From NCBI GenBank assembly GCA_016181885.1, contig JACOYJ010000001.1, positions 2,792-66,791 on the forward strand: a DNA stretch of 64,000 bases. Direction: 5' to 3'. The position numbers and the translations under genes were made by a program. Below are positions 36,932 to 45,950 of this stretch, piece by piece. The first letter of the stretch is position 1, and each line of letters begins with the position of its first letter. The stretch is from Candidatus Pacearchaeota archaeon (GTDB lineage: Archaea > Nanobdellota > Nanobdellia > Pacearchaeales > GW2011-AR1). The notes beneath the pieces are model-generated. The model was not told where the DNA came from, made no database searches, and worked only from the letters and a program-made list of their open reading frames with translations.

Positions 36932-37101
36932 GTAAACCAACAATCTTAACATAAAAAATTACTCACTCATGTCATCGTGCATTTTATTATTAACATTAAT
37001 GGCAAATCTGCGAATGAAATGAGCAGGTAATTATCTTTATTGTTTGTGGGTTATTGAACGAATTTAACCATGGAATGTTGAGTTATGAACCTGGCTTAAC
37101 A
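36932..37101 (+). repeat. Intergenic repeat family, short copy B (about 170 bp)
   Basis: Aligns with 13895..14064 and with both ends of the reverse complement of 45951..46408. Confidence 0.85.
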
Positions 37102-37142
37102 ATTCTCTAAAGTTTTATAAGTTCTGCATCTCTAATTAGTTA

Positions 37143-37637
37143 ATGGAAATAATGGGGCGTAATTCGCAAATGCAGCTATCATTTGGCATGATTTTCTCTA
37201 TAATATTAATTATCTTTTTTCTTGCTTTTGCGTTTTTTGGGATAAAGATTTTTCTGGGGGCGAGCGATAATGCGAGAAATGCGCAGTTTGTCAAAAATCT
37301 GCAGAATGATATTGACGATTTATGGAAATCTCCCCAGGGCTCACAGGAGAAAGTTTATGATGTGTCCTCAAAAATAGAAGAGATATGCTTTATAGAAGAT
37401 GATTATGAAAATATTGTTTTTCTTCCTCCAGAATCAGAGGAACTGCCTCCAATAATTATAAAAAATATAGATATTGGCAACATAACAAGGTCTGGCGGTT
37501 CTGAGATGAAAGATTTTCCTATAGCGGACGATTATCCAAGAATATTAAGGGCTTTGTGCTTTGGCATTGTCGACGAAGAAATAGAACTGATTTTAAGGAA
37601 AGACTTCGGAAAAGATTTGGTGTTGATACAGAAATGA
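37143..37637 (+). CDS. Pilin-like (class III signal) protein, 164 aa
   Basis: GRNSQMQLSFGMIFSIILIIFFLAFAFFG. Confidence 0.6.
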   Translation: MEIMGRNSQMQLSFGMIFSIILIIFFLAFAFFGIKIFLGASDNARNAQFVKNLQNDIDDLWKSPQGSQEKVYDVSSKIEEICFIEDDYENIVFLPPESEELPPIIIKNIDIGNITRSGGSEMKDFPIADDYPRILRALCFGIVDEEIELILRKDFGKDLVLIQK

Positions 37638-37686
37638 AAACTATAAGACGCTCGCTCATTTCATTCACTCGCAAATTTATGCACTT

Positions 37687-37710
37687 AGAAATCGCCTTTG
37701 GCAGATTTCT
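37687..37710. repeat. Hairpin AGAAATC-N10-GATTTCT; second copy at 44463..44486
   Basis: agaaatcgcctttggcagatttct compared with agaaatctgccaacggcgatttct: the stems are the same and the loops are near reverse complements. Confidence 0.7.
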
Positions 37711-37996
37711 TCGCCGATAAAAAATATTAATCAAAAACAATTTATCATATTTTGGGTTTAGTGAAAAAAGAAGTTAACATTAAATCTGCTTAAAAAAATA
37801 ATTTTTCTTTTATCATTTTCTTTAGAGCGAGAAACGTGGCGAGAGCCTGTTTCGAAGCCATCAATCTCGCGAAGCGCATTTTAGGGGGCTGGTAGTCGGA
37901 AAGATGGTGGCGGACTATAATAGAAATCAGAAGTAATAAACGCGTTTTAGGTTAATTTAATAAATCTCCTTAGCTTAATACGAATGGGAGTTTTAT

Positions 37997-38932
37997 ATGG
38001 AAAAAAGAATGGGTTTTATGCAATTGTCTTTCGCTTGGATTTTTGCACTCATAGTTGGAGCCTTCATATTGTTTCTTTCAATTTATATTGCAATAAAGTT
38101 CAGCGGAATTGAGGAAAAAAAACAGGATGTTGTTGTCAGCAAAGAGCTTGGAATTCTGCTGAATCCTCTTGAAAGCGGATTTGAGCAGGCAAGAACGGCA
38201 AAAATTGAACTCCAGAAAAAAACACGAATACAAAATAGATGTGAAAAAGAAGAGCCGTTCGGCAGGCAGGTGATTTCGGTTTCAGAAGAGACATTCGGGA
38301 AGTGGTCAGCTAATGGAAGCGAGGCTGGCTTTTTGAACAAGTATATTTTTTCAGACAAGCTTTTAGAGGGGAATAATTTCTATCTCTTTTCAATGCAATT
38401 TGAGTTTCCCTTCAAAATTGCAGACTTGATTGTGATGACTTCGGCAGATAAGATTTATTGTTTTGTTGACGCTCCTGAAGAAGTGCAGGAAAAAATAAGA
38501 GGGCTGAAATTAGATAATGTTTTAAATAAATCTGCAGGCTCACAATGCCCTCATGGAAGCAAAAAAGTCTGTTTCAGCGGAAATTGCGATATAACCATAA
38601 ATAAGAATCTTGGAAAAGTCACAAAAAGAAACGAAGACTCTGTTGAGTTTTACGGAGATGCTTTAATGTATTCTGCTATTTTCTCCGACAATGAAATTTA
38701 TGAATGCCAGTTTAAGAGACTGATGCAGAGAACAAAACAGCTTGCATCTTTGTATAATCAAAAAGCAACGTTCATAAATAGATATGGATGCTCAACAAAT
38801 CTTCCTCTAGCATCCTTAATAAATCTTGCGGATAATTTTGAAAATTCGCGGGACTTGTCTGGAGCATTGCTTGGAGTTGTTGATGAAATTAAAACAAGAA
38901 ATGAAGAGAATCAGGCGTGCAGGCTATGGTGA
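37997..38932 (+). CDS. Pilin-like (class III signal) protein, 311 aa
   Basis: KRMGFMQLSFAWIFALIVGAFILFLSIYIAI; shares the MQLSF motif with the 37143 gene. Confidence 0.6.
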   Translation: MEKRMGFMQLSFAWIFALIVGAFILFLSIYIAIKFSGIEEKKQDVVVSKELGILLNPLESGFEQARTAKIELQKKTRIQNRCEKEEPFGRQVISVSEETFGKWSANGSEAGFLNKYIFSDKLLEGNNFYLFSMQFEFPFKIADLIVMTSADKIYCFVDAPEEVQEKIRGLKLDNVLNKSAGSQCPHGSKKVCFSGNCDITINKNLGKVTKRNEDSVEFYGDALMYSAIFSDNEIYECQFKRLMQRTKQLASLYNQKATFINRYGCSTNLPLASLINLADNFENSRDLSGALLGVVDEIKTRNEENQACRLW

Positions 38933-38935
38933 AAA

Positions 38936-39295
38936 ATGGCAAATGACAATAAATTAGTTGATGAATATGAAAAACTGCAGAATTTAAAAAATGAATTAGA
39001 TGTAAAAATTGAAGAATTAAAAAAAGAGATTGTTAATCTTGCCAGAGAAAAAAATACTGATATGCTGCTTGGAACCAGCAAAAAATGCTCGATAAGGGAA
39101 TACATTAAAGTAATTTATCCGGAGAACAAAACCAGAATTATAGAGTTAATTAAAGAAAAGGGGCTTTATGAAAAATTTTCTTCAATTAATTATTTTAAAT
39201 TGGGGCCGGCAATAGTTAAAGGAAACATTGATTATGACATACAAAATTTAGTTAGAAAAGAGAAGGCATTTAGGCTTTCTTTACTGGATATTTAA
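38936..39295 (+). CDS. Hypothetical coiled-coil protein (no signal peptide)
   Basis: 119-aa ORF, tightly packed between neighbours. Confidence 0.45.
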   Translation: MANDNKLVDEYEKLQNLKNELDVKIEELKKEIVNLAREKNTDMLLGTSKKCSIREYIKVIYPENKTRIIELIKEKGLYEKFSSINYFKLGPAIVKGNIDYDIQNLVRKEKAFRLSLLDI

Positions 39296-39297
39296 AA

Positions 39298-39717
39298 ATG
39301 AAGATAAAATACGTTTATCATGGGAGTTCAAAAAAATTGAATATTCTAAAAACTAAAAGGGCAAAAGGAGGGATATTAAAAGACAAATTAAATGGAGTTT
39401 ACGCAACACATGAAATGAAAAGCGCGATAATGATGGGCTTATTATCGGGAAAAGGAATTAAAGGGTCAAGTTTTCATGAAACTAATAATAAAATGCATGG
39501 AATAATTTATCGGGGTGGTTTAAAAAATCGTGTTTTTTATGTTTATTTTCTGTCTCCAAAAACTTTCAAGAAGATTGATTCATGGCAGTGGGTTTCAAAG
39601 GAAGAAGTTAAACCTATTAAGGTAAAAAAATTATTTATTAAAGATTATAAAAGTTGGATAAGAAAGGCAACGAAAGAAGAGAAAGAAAGATGGTTAAAAA
39701 AATATGAGAATAAATAA
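39298..39717 (+). CDS. Hypothetical basic protein (no signal peptide)
   Basis: 139-aa ORF, Lys-rich. Confidence 0.45.
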   Translation: MKIKYVYHGSSKKLNILKTKRAKGGILKDKLNGVYATHEMKSAIMMGLLSGKGIKGSSFHETNNKMHGIIYRGGLKNRVFYVYFLSPKTFKKIDSWQWVSKEEVKPIKVKKLFIKDYKSWIRKATKEEKERWLKKYENK

Positions 39718-40231
39718 AATAAGGGGACAAATGAAAATACAGCAGACTGCATTCATGCTTTTAGCTGTGACTTTGTTTTTTGCGCTGGTTGGACTGGCCT
39801 TCGTGAGTTTCCAGCTTTCTGGAATAAAAGAATCAGCTGCAGATTTGGAGGAAAAAAATGCGAGGCTTTTGGTTTCGAAGCTTGCGAATTCTCCCGAGTT
39901 CTCCTGCGGGGAAGCGTTTGGGACAGCTGGAGCTTCCTGCGTGGATTTAGACAAGGTAATGAAATTGAAAGAAAATGAAGCAACTTATTCTGGGTTTTGG
40001 GGTGTTTCTGAAATTAATGTTAGAAAGATTTATCCGAAAATGACTGAAGAGGTTATATGCACGCCTGCCATCTATCCAAATTGCAACTTGATTCAAATAA
40101 GAGCTGGCGGAAGGGGCGGGACTTTTGTTCCAAATTACGTTTCACTTTGCAGGAAAGCTTCTGAAGAAGGAAGACTTTATGATAAATGTGAACTTGGATT
40201 GTTAATGGTTAGTTACGAGGTTAGAAAATGA
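39704..40231 (+). CDS. Pilin-like (class III signal) protein, 175 aa
   Basis: NKIRGQMKIQQTAFMLLAVTLFFALVGLAFVSF. Confidence 0.6.
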   Translation: MRINKIRGQMKIQQTAFMLLAVTLFFALVGLAFVSFQLSGIKESAADLEEKNARLLVSKLANSPEFSCGEAFGTAGASCVDLDKVMKLKENEATYSGFWGVSEINVRKIYPKMTEEVICTPAIYPNCNLIQIRAGGRGGTFVPNYVSLCRKASEEGRLYDKCELGLLMVSYEVRK

Positions 40232-40830
40232 TGAATTTAAAAAATAAACGAAAAAGCTTAACTCGCGCTTGCACTCGTAATATAATGAAAGATTTTGTCT
40301 CGTGCAAACGCTCTACTCGCACCTTCGCTCAGCCAATTCAGCACCTCGTGTCGCGAAAACGCTCGCAGGAAGAGATGGTGGGTTTTGCAATAATAATGGT
40401 TATTGTCTTTGTGATAATACTTGTTTTTCTTGGGTTTTCACTTTCAAATTCTGAAAAAGATGCTGTTGAAAGCTACGAAGCAGAAAGTTTTATGAATTCA
40501 ATGTTATCATATACTACCTATTGCGGCGATTACAGAGAAGTCTACTTAGATGTTAAAGATGTGATATTTCGATGTTATGAAAATCGGACATGTGTTAATG
40601 GGAATGAAAGTTGTGATATTTTAACCACTACATTGAAGGGGCTTCTGTTAGAGAGTTGGAAAGTAGGGGCTAATTCTTCAGTTAAAGGTTATTCTTTAGA
40701 TATAATTGGCGGAGAGGAAGTTTTAGTTACTTTGGAAAGAGGCATTAGAACAAACAACGCAAAAGGAGCTGTCGAGACTATTCCGCAAAGAGGGAAATCT
40801 GTTGAAGTGAGGTTCATAGCTTATTATTAG
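40228..40830 (+). CDS. Pilin-like (class III signal) protein with an unusually long, GC-rich N-terminal leader
   Basis: ...SRKRSQEEMVGFAIIMVIVFVIILVFLGF. The start codon is uncertain (in-frame ATGs at 40228, 40231 and internal MKDF). Confidence 0.55.
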   Translation: MMNLKNKRKSLTRACTRNIMKDFVSCKRSTRTFAQPIQHLVSRKRSQEEMVGFAIIMVIVFVIILVFLGFSLSNSEKDAVESYEAESFMNSMLSYTTYCGDYREVYLDVKDVIFRCYENRTCVNGNESCDILTTTLKGLLLESWKVGANSSVKGYSLDIIGGEEVLVTLERGIRTNNAKGAVETIPQRGKSVEVRFIAYY

Positions 40831-41180
40831 ACCCTAAAGTGGACTGTTATTGTATCTACAACAACTACCGGCCTTAGACGCCTGCGTTTTTTTGTGGATT
40901 CTGGCAGAAACTCGACAAAGCCGAATCTCTCAAGCAGTTTTACATCATCACTTACTGACTTAAAGTTTCTGCCTAATTTCTTGGCCAGTTCATATATGGA
41001 TTTGGGTTTTTCGTACTTTATTATATGGAGGATTCTGGCTTTTTCATTGTTCAAAAGCTGCCTTAAAACGTGAATTCCCTCAAAATCAAAGGATTCTTTA
41101 GATGAAAAGGGGTTTTTAAAAATAGAGAAAGTTCCCTTTGACTCTGTAATTGTTATTTCCCGGGTTTTTGTCCTTGCCAT
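40827..41180 (-). CDS. Winged-helix transcriptional regulator (ArsR/MarR-like)
   Basis: ARILHIIKYEKPKSIYELAKKLGRNFKSVSDDVKLLERFGFVEF is an HTH plus wing. Confidence 0.6.
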   Translation of the reverse strand: MARTKTREITITESKGTFSIFKNPFSSKESFDFEGIHVLRQLLNNEKARILHIIKYEKPKSIYELAKKLGRNFKSVSDDVKLLERFGFVEFLPESTKKRRRLRPVVVVDTITVHFRV

Positions 41181-41548
41181 GTTGTCGACGATAAAAATAT
41201 ATGGTATTTTTAAATATATATGTGAATAATATATATTATACTTATATTGCTAAAACGCCCCCATATATAATTAAGCTAATTCCCATTAATAAAGGTTGCG
41301 GTTTGCGCTCATTAAAATAGTGTATTAATAAATAAGTGACAACATAAGCTTTATAAATAAAAATAGCCGAAAGCTGACTATTTTAGTGAAAAGCTGAAGA
41401 AACAGCAATAACCTTTTTAAAGCAAAACCTTTCTTCCTATTAAGTAAAAGTTGTCTGATAGGGGGTTATATTCACTCAGTCAAAGGCTTTCCCCTATGGC
41501 GTTTGATTGGTGGAAGTTGTCTTAGACAACAATCACAAACAGGTGAAA

Positions 41549-41554
41549 GGAGGT
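41549..41554 (+). promoter_or_regulatory. Shine-Dalgarno-like GGAGGT upstream of the S-layer gene
   Basis: gtgaaaGGAGGTataaaaaaacgatATG; 13-nt spacing to the ATG. Confidence 0.6.
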
Positions 41555-41567
41555 ATAAAAAAACGAT

Positions 41568-44201
41568 ATGAGATTTAATTTTAGAAAAATCTCAGCAATT
41601 GCGACCAGCGCGTTAATGGTTGGAATGACTGCGGGAATTGCAGCTGCTGCTAACTACCCTGCTCCATTTATAAGTGGAGGAGTGGCAGACGTAGCAGTAG
41701 TTATGAGTACAGGAACAGGATATTCTGCTTTAGACCACATTGAGGCTACTAATATATTTAGCGACCTTCAATCTAAATCAAGTGGAACAGGCGGAACAAC
41801 TGGAACTGTAACTGGAGAAGCATTTGCTCTTTTCACTGGATCTTCCAAGGTGTACATAAACGATAGTATTAACCGTGTAAAGTCAACACTTACAGATTCT
41901 GAATTAGGCACAACTCTCGCTGATAGCGACTTTGAAGGTGATGTTAGCGCTGACGTTACACAAACAATTACTCTTGGTGCAAACCCAAGATTACTATTTG
42001 GAAAATATCCAACAAGTGATGACGACCCTAGCCTTGCTGTAGCATTGTCAACAACAGTTAGCAGTGGATATATCTATAATGCCACTATAAACTTTAACAA
42101 AGCTGTAAACTTGACCCATTCAGATTCTAAAGGTGAAACTATTACAATGTTTGGGCAGGATTTCACAATAGCTTCAGCTACTACAGCAACAGACCTTGTT
42201 CTGTTCAAGTCTTCACAGGAAGTTAGCTTATCTGTGGGAGGGGTTGACCCTACATCTACAGAAGTGACTATTGAAGACAAGACTTATACTGTAGAGCTTA
42301 CAGGAGCTACTGCAACTACAGCCACAGTTAAGGTTACTGATTCAAATGGAGTTTCTGAAGTAAAAGAAGTTGCAGAGGATGGCTCAAAAAAGATTCAGGG
42401 ACTTGATGTAGCTGTAAAGCTTGCTTCATCATCTGAAGCAACAAGCACAGAATCTGCAACATTGCTCATTGGTGCTAATAGGATAGAGCTTACCGTAGGT
42501 GCCGAGATTAAAGTCGGATCTGACGAAGACACCCTTGATAACACTAACGTAGCAAATACGAGCGGAGTTAACTGGGGAGCTATATCCAGTTTCACAATCC
42601 AAGTAGCTGCACAAGACAGCGACATGGATGCTATAAAGGCAGGCGGAGAATATGTAGACCCTGTGTTTGGAACTTTCAAAATCAACTTTGCTGGATTGAA
42701 CATCGCTGATGATTCAACAGCAAGAGAAATGATTGAAATAAAGCCAGCTGGAAACGATAAGGCAAATGTGAAGTTCATGAATCACAATAACAAGGAAGCA
42801 ACACTTGAATGGTACTACAATGTATCTTCAGCTGCTATACTTGCAGATGGTGATGGTGATGATTTCCATGTGCTTGAAATGGAGTTGGTTAACAGGTCAG
42901 AATATGTTGTTGTAGGCAATGAAGATGAAGGTTATTTACTTGAGGTGAAAACCATAAGCAATGTCACTACCGGATTTGCCGACGACGAGGTTAAATTCCA
43001 AGATGCCTTTGATTCAACAAAGACCTATGACGCAACAATCACTGCTGAAGGTACAGGTACAGTAACCATTGGTGGAAAATCTTATACAGTAACTTATGCT
43101 GGACTTAACAGTCAAGACTCTTCATTAAGAACTGTAAGATTAAACTATCCTGATAGTACGGCTTCTACAACTGATGCCATAATCTTCCCAACAATAGAAA
43201 CAAGCAAAGGAGCAAAGCTCGCCTTCTATGAGCCTACAACAGTAGACTTAGATGATTGGGATGGAACAAACAATTTGGCAACCTTAAGATTCCCTGATGG
43301 AGATGGATATACTGATGTGGCGTTCACCTATAATAGTGGAAACACAAGCAACTGGACAATTGGAGGAACATATGTAAATACCTCTGATACTACTACTTGG
43401 GTTGCTGCTACTATTGGACAGCTTACGTATAACATTACTTCGACGGGAGCAAACGAGACTAAGGTATTCCTTCAAGACGCTGCAGGCACTGACAATGTTA
43501 GGAACCCTGGTATTATATTGTTCGAAGAACAAGACGATAGTTCAAGCCAGCTTTACAATGCGTTAATTGTGAAGATGGGAGGACTTGGAACAACAACTAC
43601 CCCTGTAACTATAAGTGATGTTGAAGACACATGGAGCGATGATGCTACTGCCTGGAATGAAATCCAAACAGAAACCGATGATGATATATACAAGAGTATA
43701 GATTATTACGGAACTATGGAAACTACAGACAGAAGTGATACTGACTCTTATGTCACAACATTAAGTTATCCTGACGAGCAAGTCTATCCACAGCTATATG
43801 TGGGAGAAGTATCTTCTGCAGTAACTGCTGGAACATCTGGGTCGGGCGCAGTCTCCTTTAATGGAGTTGTAGTGACTGATTCAGAGGTTGGAAGTGTATC
43901 TGGCAAGAATTTAATCATTGTTGGCGGAAGCTGTGTAAATTCAGCTGCTGCGACACTGGTTGGAGGCGCATATTGTGGATCTGATTGGACCGAAGCAACA
44001 AATGTAGGAACAGGACAATATCTTGTTAAGGGTTATGCTACAAATAGCTTAACTTCTAAACTTGCATTATTGGTTGCTGGTTACGAAAAAGAGGACACAG
44101 TAAACGCTGCTAAGTTCTTAAGAACACAAACTGTTGACACAAGCAAAGCGTACATCGGTACGACTTCGACAACTGCTGAGATGCAAGTAGAAACGGCTTA
44201 A
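41568..44201 (+). CDS. Putative S-layer protein (877 aa)
   Basis: Signal peptide ...GMTAGIAAAANYPAPFISGG, resembling the archaeal S-layer N-terminal DYPAPFV motif. Thr/Ser/Ala/Val-rich and acidic. Only two Cys, near the C-terminus, within IIVGGSCVNSAAATLVGG (similar to the VGGP.VN S-layer motif). Strong SD, long leader, oligo-T terminator. Confidence 0.7.
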   Translation: MRFNFRKISAIATSALMVGMTAGIAAAANYPAPFISGGVADVAVVMSTGTGYSALDHIEATNIFSDLQSKSSGTGGTTGTVTGEAFALFTGSSKVYINDSINRVKSTLTDSELGTTLADSDFEGDVSADVTQTITLGANPRLLFGKYPTSDDDPSLAVALSTTVSSGYIYNATINFNKAVNLTHSDSKGETITMFGQDFTIASATTATDLVLFKSSQEVSLSVGGVDPTSTEVTIEDKTYTVELTGATATTATVKVTDSNGVSEVKEVAEDGSKKIQGLDVAVKLASSSEATSTESATLLIGANRIELTVGAEIKVGSDEDTLDNTNVANTSGVNWGAISSFTIQVAAQDSDMDAIKAGGEYVDPVFGTFKINFAGLNIADDSTAREMIEIKPAGNDKANVKFMNHNNKEATLEWYYNVSSAAILADGDGDDFHVLEMELVNRSEYVVVGNEDEGYLLEVKTISNVTTGFADDEVKFQDAFDSTKTYDATITAEGTGTVTIGGKSYTVTYAGLNSQDSSLRTVRLNYPDSTASTTDAIIFPTIETSKGAKLAFYEPTTVDLDDWDGTNNLATLRFPDGDGYTDVAFTYNSGNTSNWTIGGTYVNTSDTTTWVAATIGQLTYNITSTGANETKVFLQDAAGTDNVRNPGIILFEEQDDSSSQLYNALIVKMGGLGTTTTPVTISDVEDTWSDDATAWNEIQTETDDDIYKSIDYYGTMETTDRSDTDSYVTTLSYPDEQVYPQLYVGEVSSAVTAGTSGSGAVSFNGVVVTDSEVGSVSGKNLIIVGGSCVNSAAATLVGGAYCGSDWTEATNVGTGQYLVKGYATNSLTSKLALLVAGYEKEDTVNAAKFLRTQTVDTSKAYIGTTSTTAEMQVETA

Positions 44202-44206
44202 ACAAA

Positions 44207-44241
44207 TTTTATTTTTTATTTCTTTTTTCTTTTCTTTTTTT
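44207..44241 (+). terminator. Oligo-T tract cluster (archaeal-type terminator) after the S-layer gene
   Basis: ttttattttttatttcttttttcttttcttttttt directly after the stop codon. Confidence 0.6.
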
Positions 44242-44462
44242 AGAGATTAGCTGGAGCTTTGAGAAATGATGGGCTCACTTCGTTCGCTTATTAATGGCTC
44301 CGCGTCTGACTATGTCAAGACGCTCCGCTAGGAAAAGATGTTAATGCCGAAACGATTTTTATGGTGGTTAAATAATCTGGATTAATGTAAGGATATTTTT
44401 AGCTTAGTGAACTGATTAACTACTGAAGATATTTTAATTGGATTAATTTATCTTGTCAGCAA

Positions 44463-44486
44463 AGAAATCTGCCAACGGCGATTTCT
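44463..44486. repeat. Hairpin AGAAATC-N10-GATTTCT (copy 2)
   Basis: See 37687..37710. Confidence 0.7.
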
Positions 44487-44571
44487 GAGCCATCTATTCT
44501 GCGAAGCTACAATATTTAAGACAGGCATAAACCAGAGAAATGTTTTTATACTGAAAATCTCTTTTTTAAAA

Positions 44572-45156
44572 ATGATTCAAAGGATAATCTCGAAGGAAGA
44601 GCAGGAAAAGAGGAAAAGAAAAAATCAGTTTATACTTGGGGGAATTTTGATATTTGTAATGATTGCCAGCACCTTAGGATATAGCTTCAGCAGTTCAGAT
44701 AAGAACAATGTTAACAATGAAAACAGCAACAAAATCAGCTACAATGGATATGAATTTGTAAATCAAAATGGGTTCTGGCAATTGAATCTTGGAGATTTTC
44801 AATTTTCTTTCACGAACAATCCGAATCAAGTTCAAGAGATAAATGCTGTAGTAAATCCGCTAAGCGTGTATTCTGGGAAAGCCCTTTATGTTTCATCCGA
44901 AAATATCCGGGCAGAGTTTGAGCTTAACAGGGTTTTCAATAGCGTTATTTTAAGAAAGCAATATGCGTGCCTTGAAGGAGAGAACTGCAATAACGACTAT
45001 CCTGTAAAAACCTGCGTTGATAATTTTATCATCATAAAAGAAGATGAGGTTGCTAATATAACAAGGCGGGACAACTGCGTTTTTATAAGCGGACCTGAAG
45101 AAAACCTTACAGCCGTCGTAGACGAATTCCTGTTCAAAACTATTGGAGTGAAATAG
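44572..45156 (+). CDS. Hypothetical N-terminally anchored (possibly pilin-like) protein, 194 aa
   Basis: RKRKNQFILGGILIFVMIASTLGYSF; four Cys in the C-terminal half. Confidence 0.5.
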   Translation: MIQRIISKEEQEKRKRKNQFILGGILIFVMIASTLGYSFSSSDKNNVNNENSNKISYNGYEFVNQNGFWQLNLGDFQFSFTNNPNQVQEINAVVNPLSVYSGKALYVSSENIRAEFELNRVFNSVILRKQYACLEGENCNNDYPVKTCVDNFIIIKEDEVANITRRDNCVFISGPEENLTAVVDEFLFKTIGVK

Positions 45157-45205
45157 CATATTTTCCTTCTATAAAATTTATAAACTGAAAAAACGGGAAA
45201 CATTG

Positions 45206-45853
45206 ATGGAAGAAGAAAATAAACCTGCGGTTAAAGAGGAGATAAAAACTGATAAAAAGACATCCGATAACCATAATAAAATATTGAGAAACTTTTTCAT
45301 ATTTATTGGAATAGTAATCTTAATTTTTGCAGCTTGGATAGTTTTCAGCTATCTTCAGTCAACTTTTGATTATCGCGGAGTGCAGTTTGCAAAGGTTGAT
45401 GAAATAGCCCCTTATGTGACGAGCTTGCCTGTAAATTATGGAGTCACTGGAAAAGCTGTTGAGGAAACTGCAAATTTTAATTTTTATTTCAGAAATGACC
45501 CGAGAGAGTTGGATAAAATACCTTTTGATGGAGACGTTACTTTTTTGAAGAATATTGTCATGAACAGCACAGGGGACATAATGTGCAAAGGAATGGGGGT
45601 TGTTGGAACTGTGAATCTTGCAAATCTTTATGGAGTTTTGGGAGCCAGGGTTGTAAGAGACCCGAATGTCAGCTGTGATGACGGAGGGAGATATACATTC
45701 ATTCAAATTGAGGCTGGAGATGAAACAAAAATAAAGCAAATTGGAAATTCATGCTATCTTCTGACATTTAAAGACTGCGAAGTTTTGCAGGTTACGGAAA
45801 GAATGATGACTGAAATGCTTGTCAAGCTAAGAGAAATTGTTCCTAACCCTTAG
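45206..45853 (+). CDS. Hypothetical N-terminally anchored protein
   Basis: Single TM segment FFIFIGIVILIFAAWIVFSYL after a Lys/Glu-rich N-terminus. The ATG is at 45206 (the track start at 45203 is TTG). Confidence 0.5.
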   Translation: MEEENKPAVKEEIKTDKKTSDNHNKILRNFFIFIGIVILIFAAWIVFSYLQSTFDYRGVQFAKVDEIAPYVTSLPVNYGVTGKAVEETANFNFYFRNDPRELDKIPFDGDVTFLKNIVMNSTGDIMCKGMGVVGTVNLANLYGVLGARVVRDPNVSCDDGGRYTFIQIEAGDETKIKQIGNSCYLLTFKDCEVLQVTERMMTEMLVKLREIVPNP

Positions 45854-45950
45854 ATTTGAAATAAGATTTTTAATATAAATATCTCAAATCATAATAAAAC
45901 CGGATCAATGGAAAGATTATTCTTTATGCTTGGTTTAAATGTAGGTTAAG

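Noticed and set aside
40228-40374. Treating the GC-rich 5' part of the 40228 ORF as non-coding, with the true start at the ATG of MVGFAII
   Set aside because: Starting at MVGF would remove the basic n-region and the KRSQ motif shared with the other pilin-like proteins. The frame is open from 40228 and overlaps the previous stop in operon style. The start remains uncertain, so it is flagged rather than changed.
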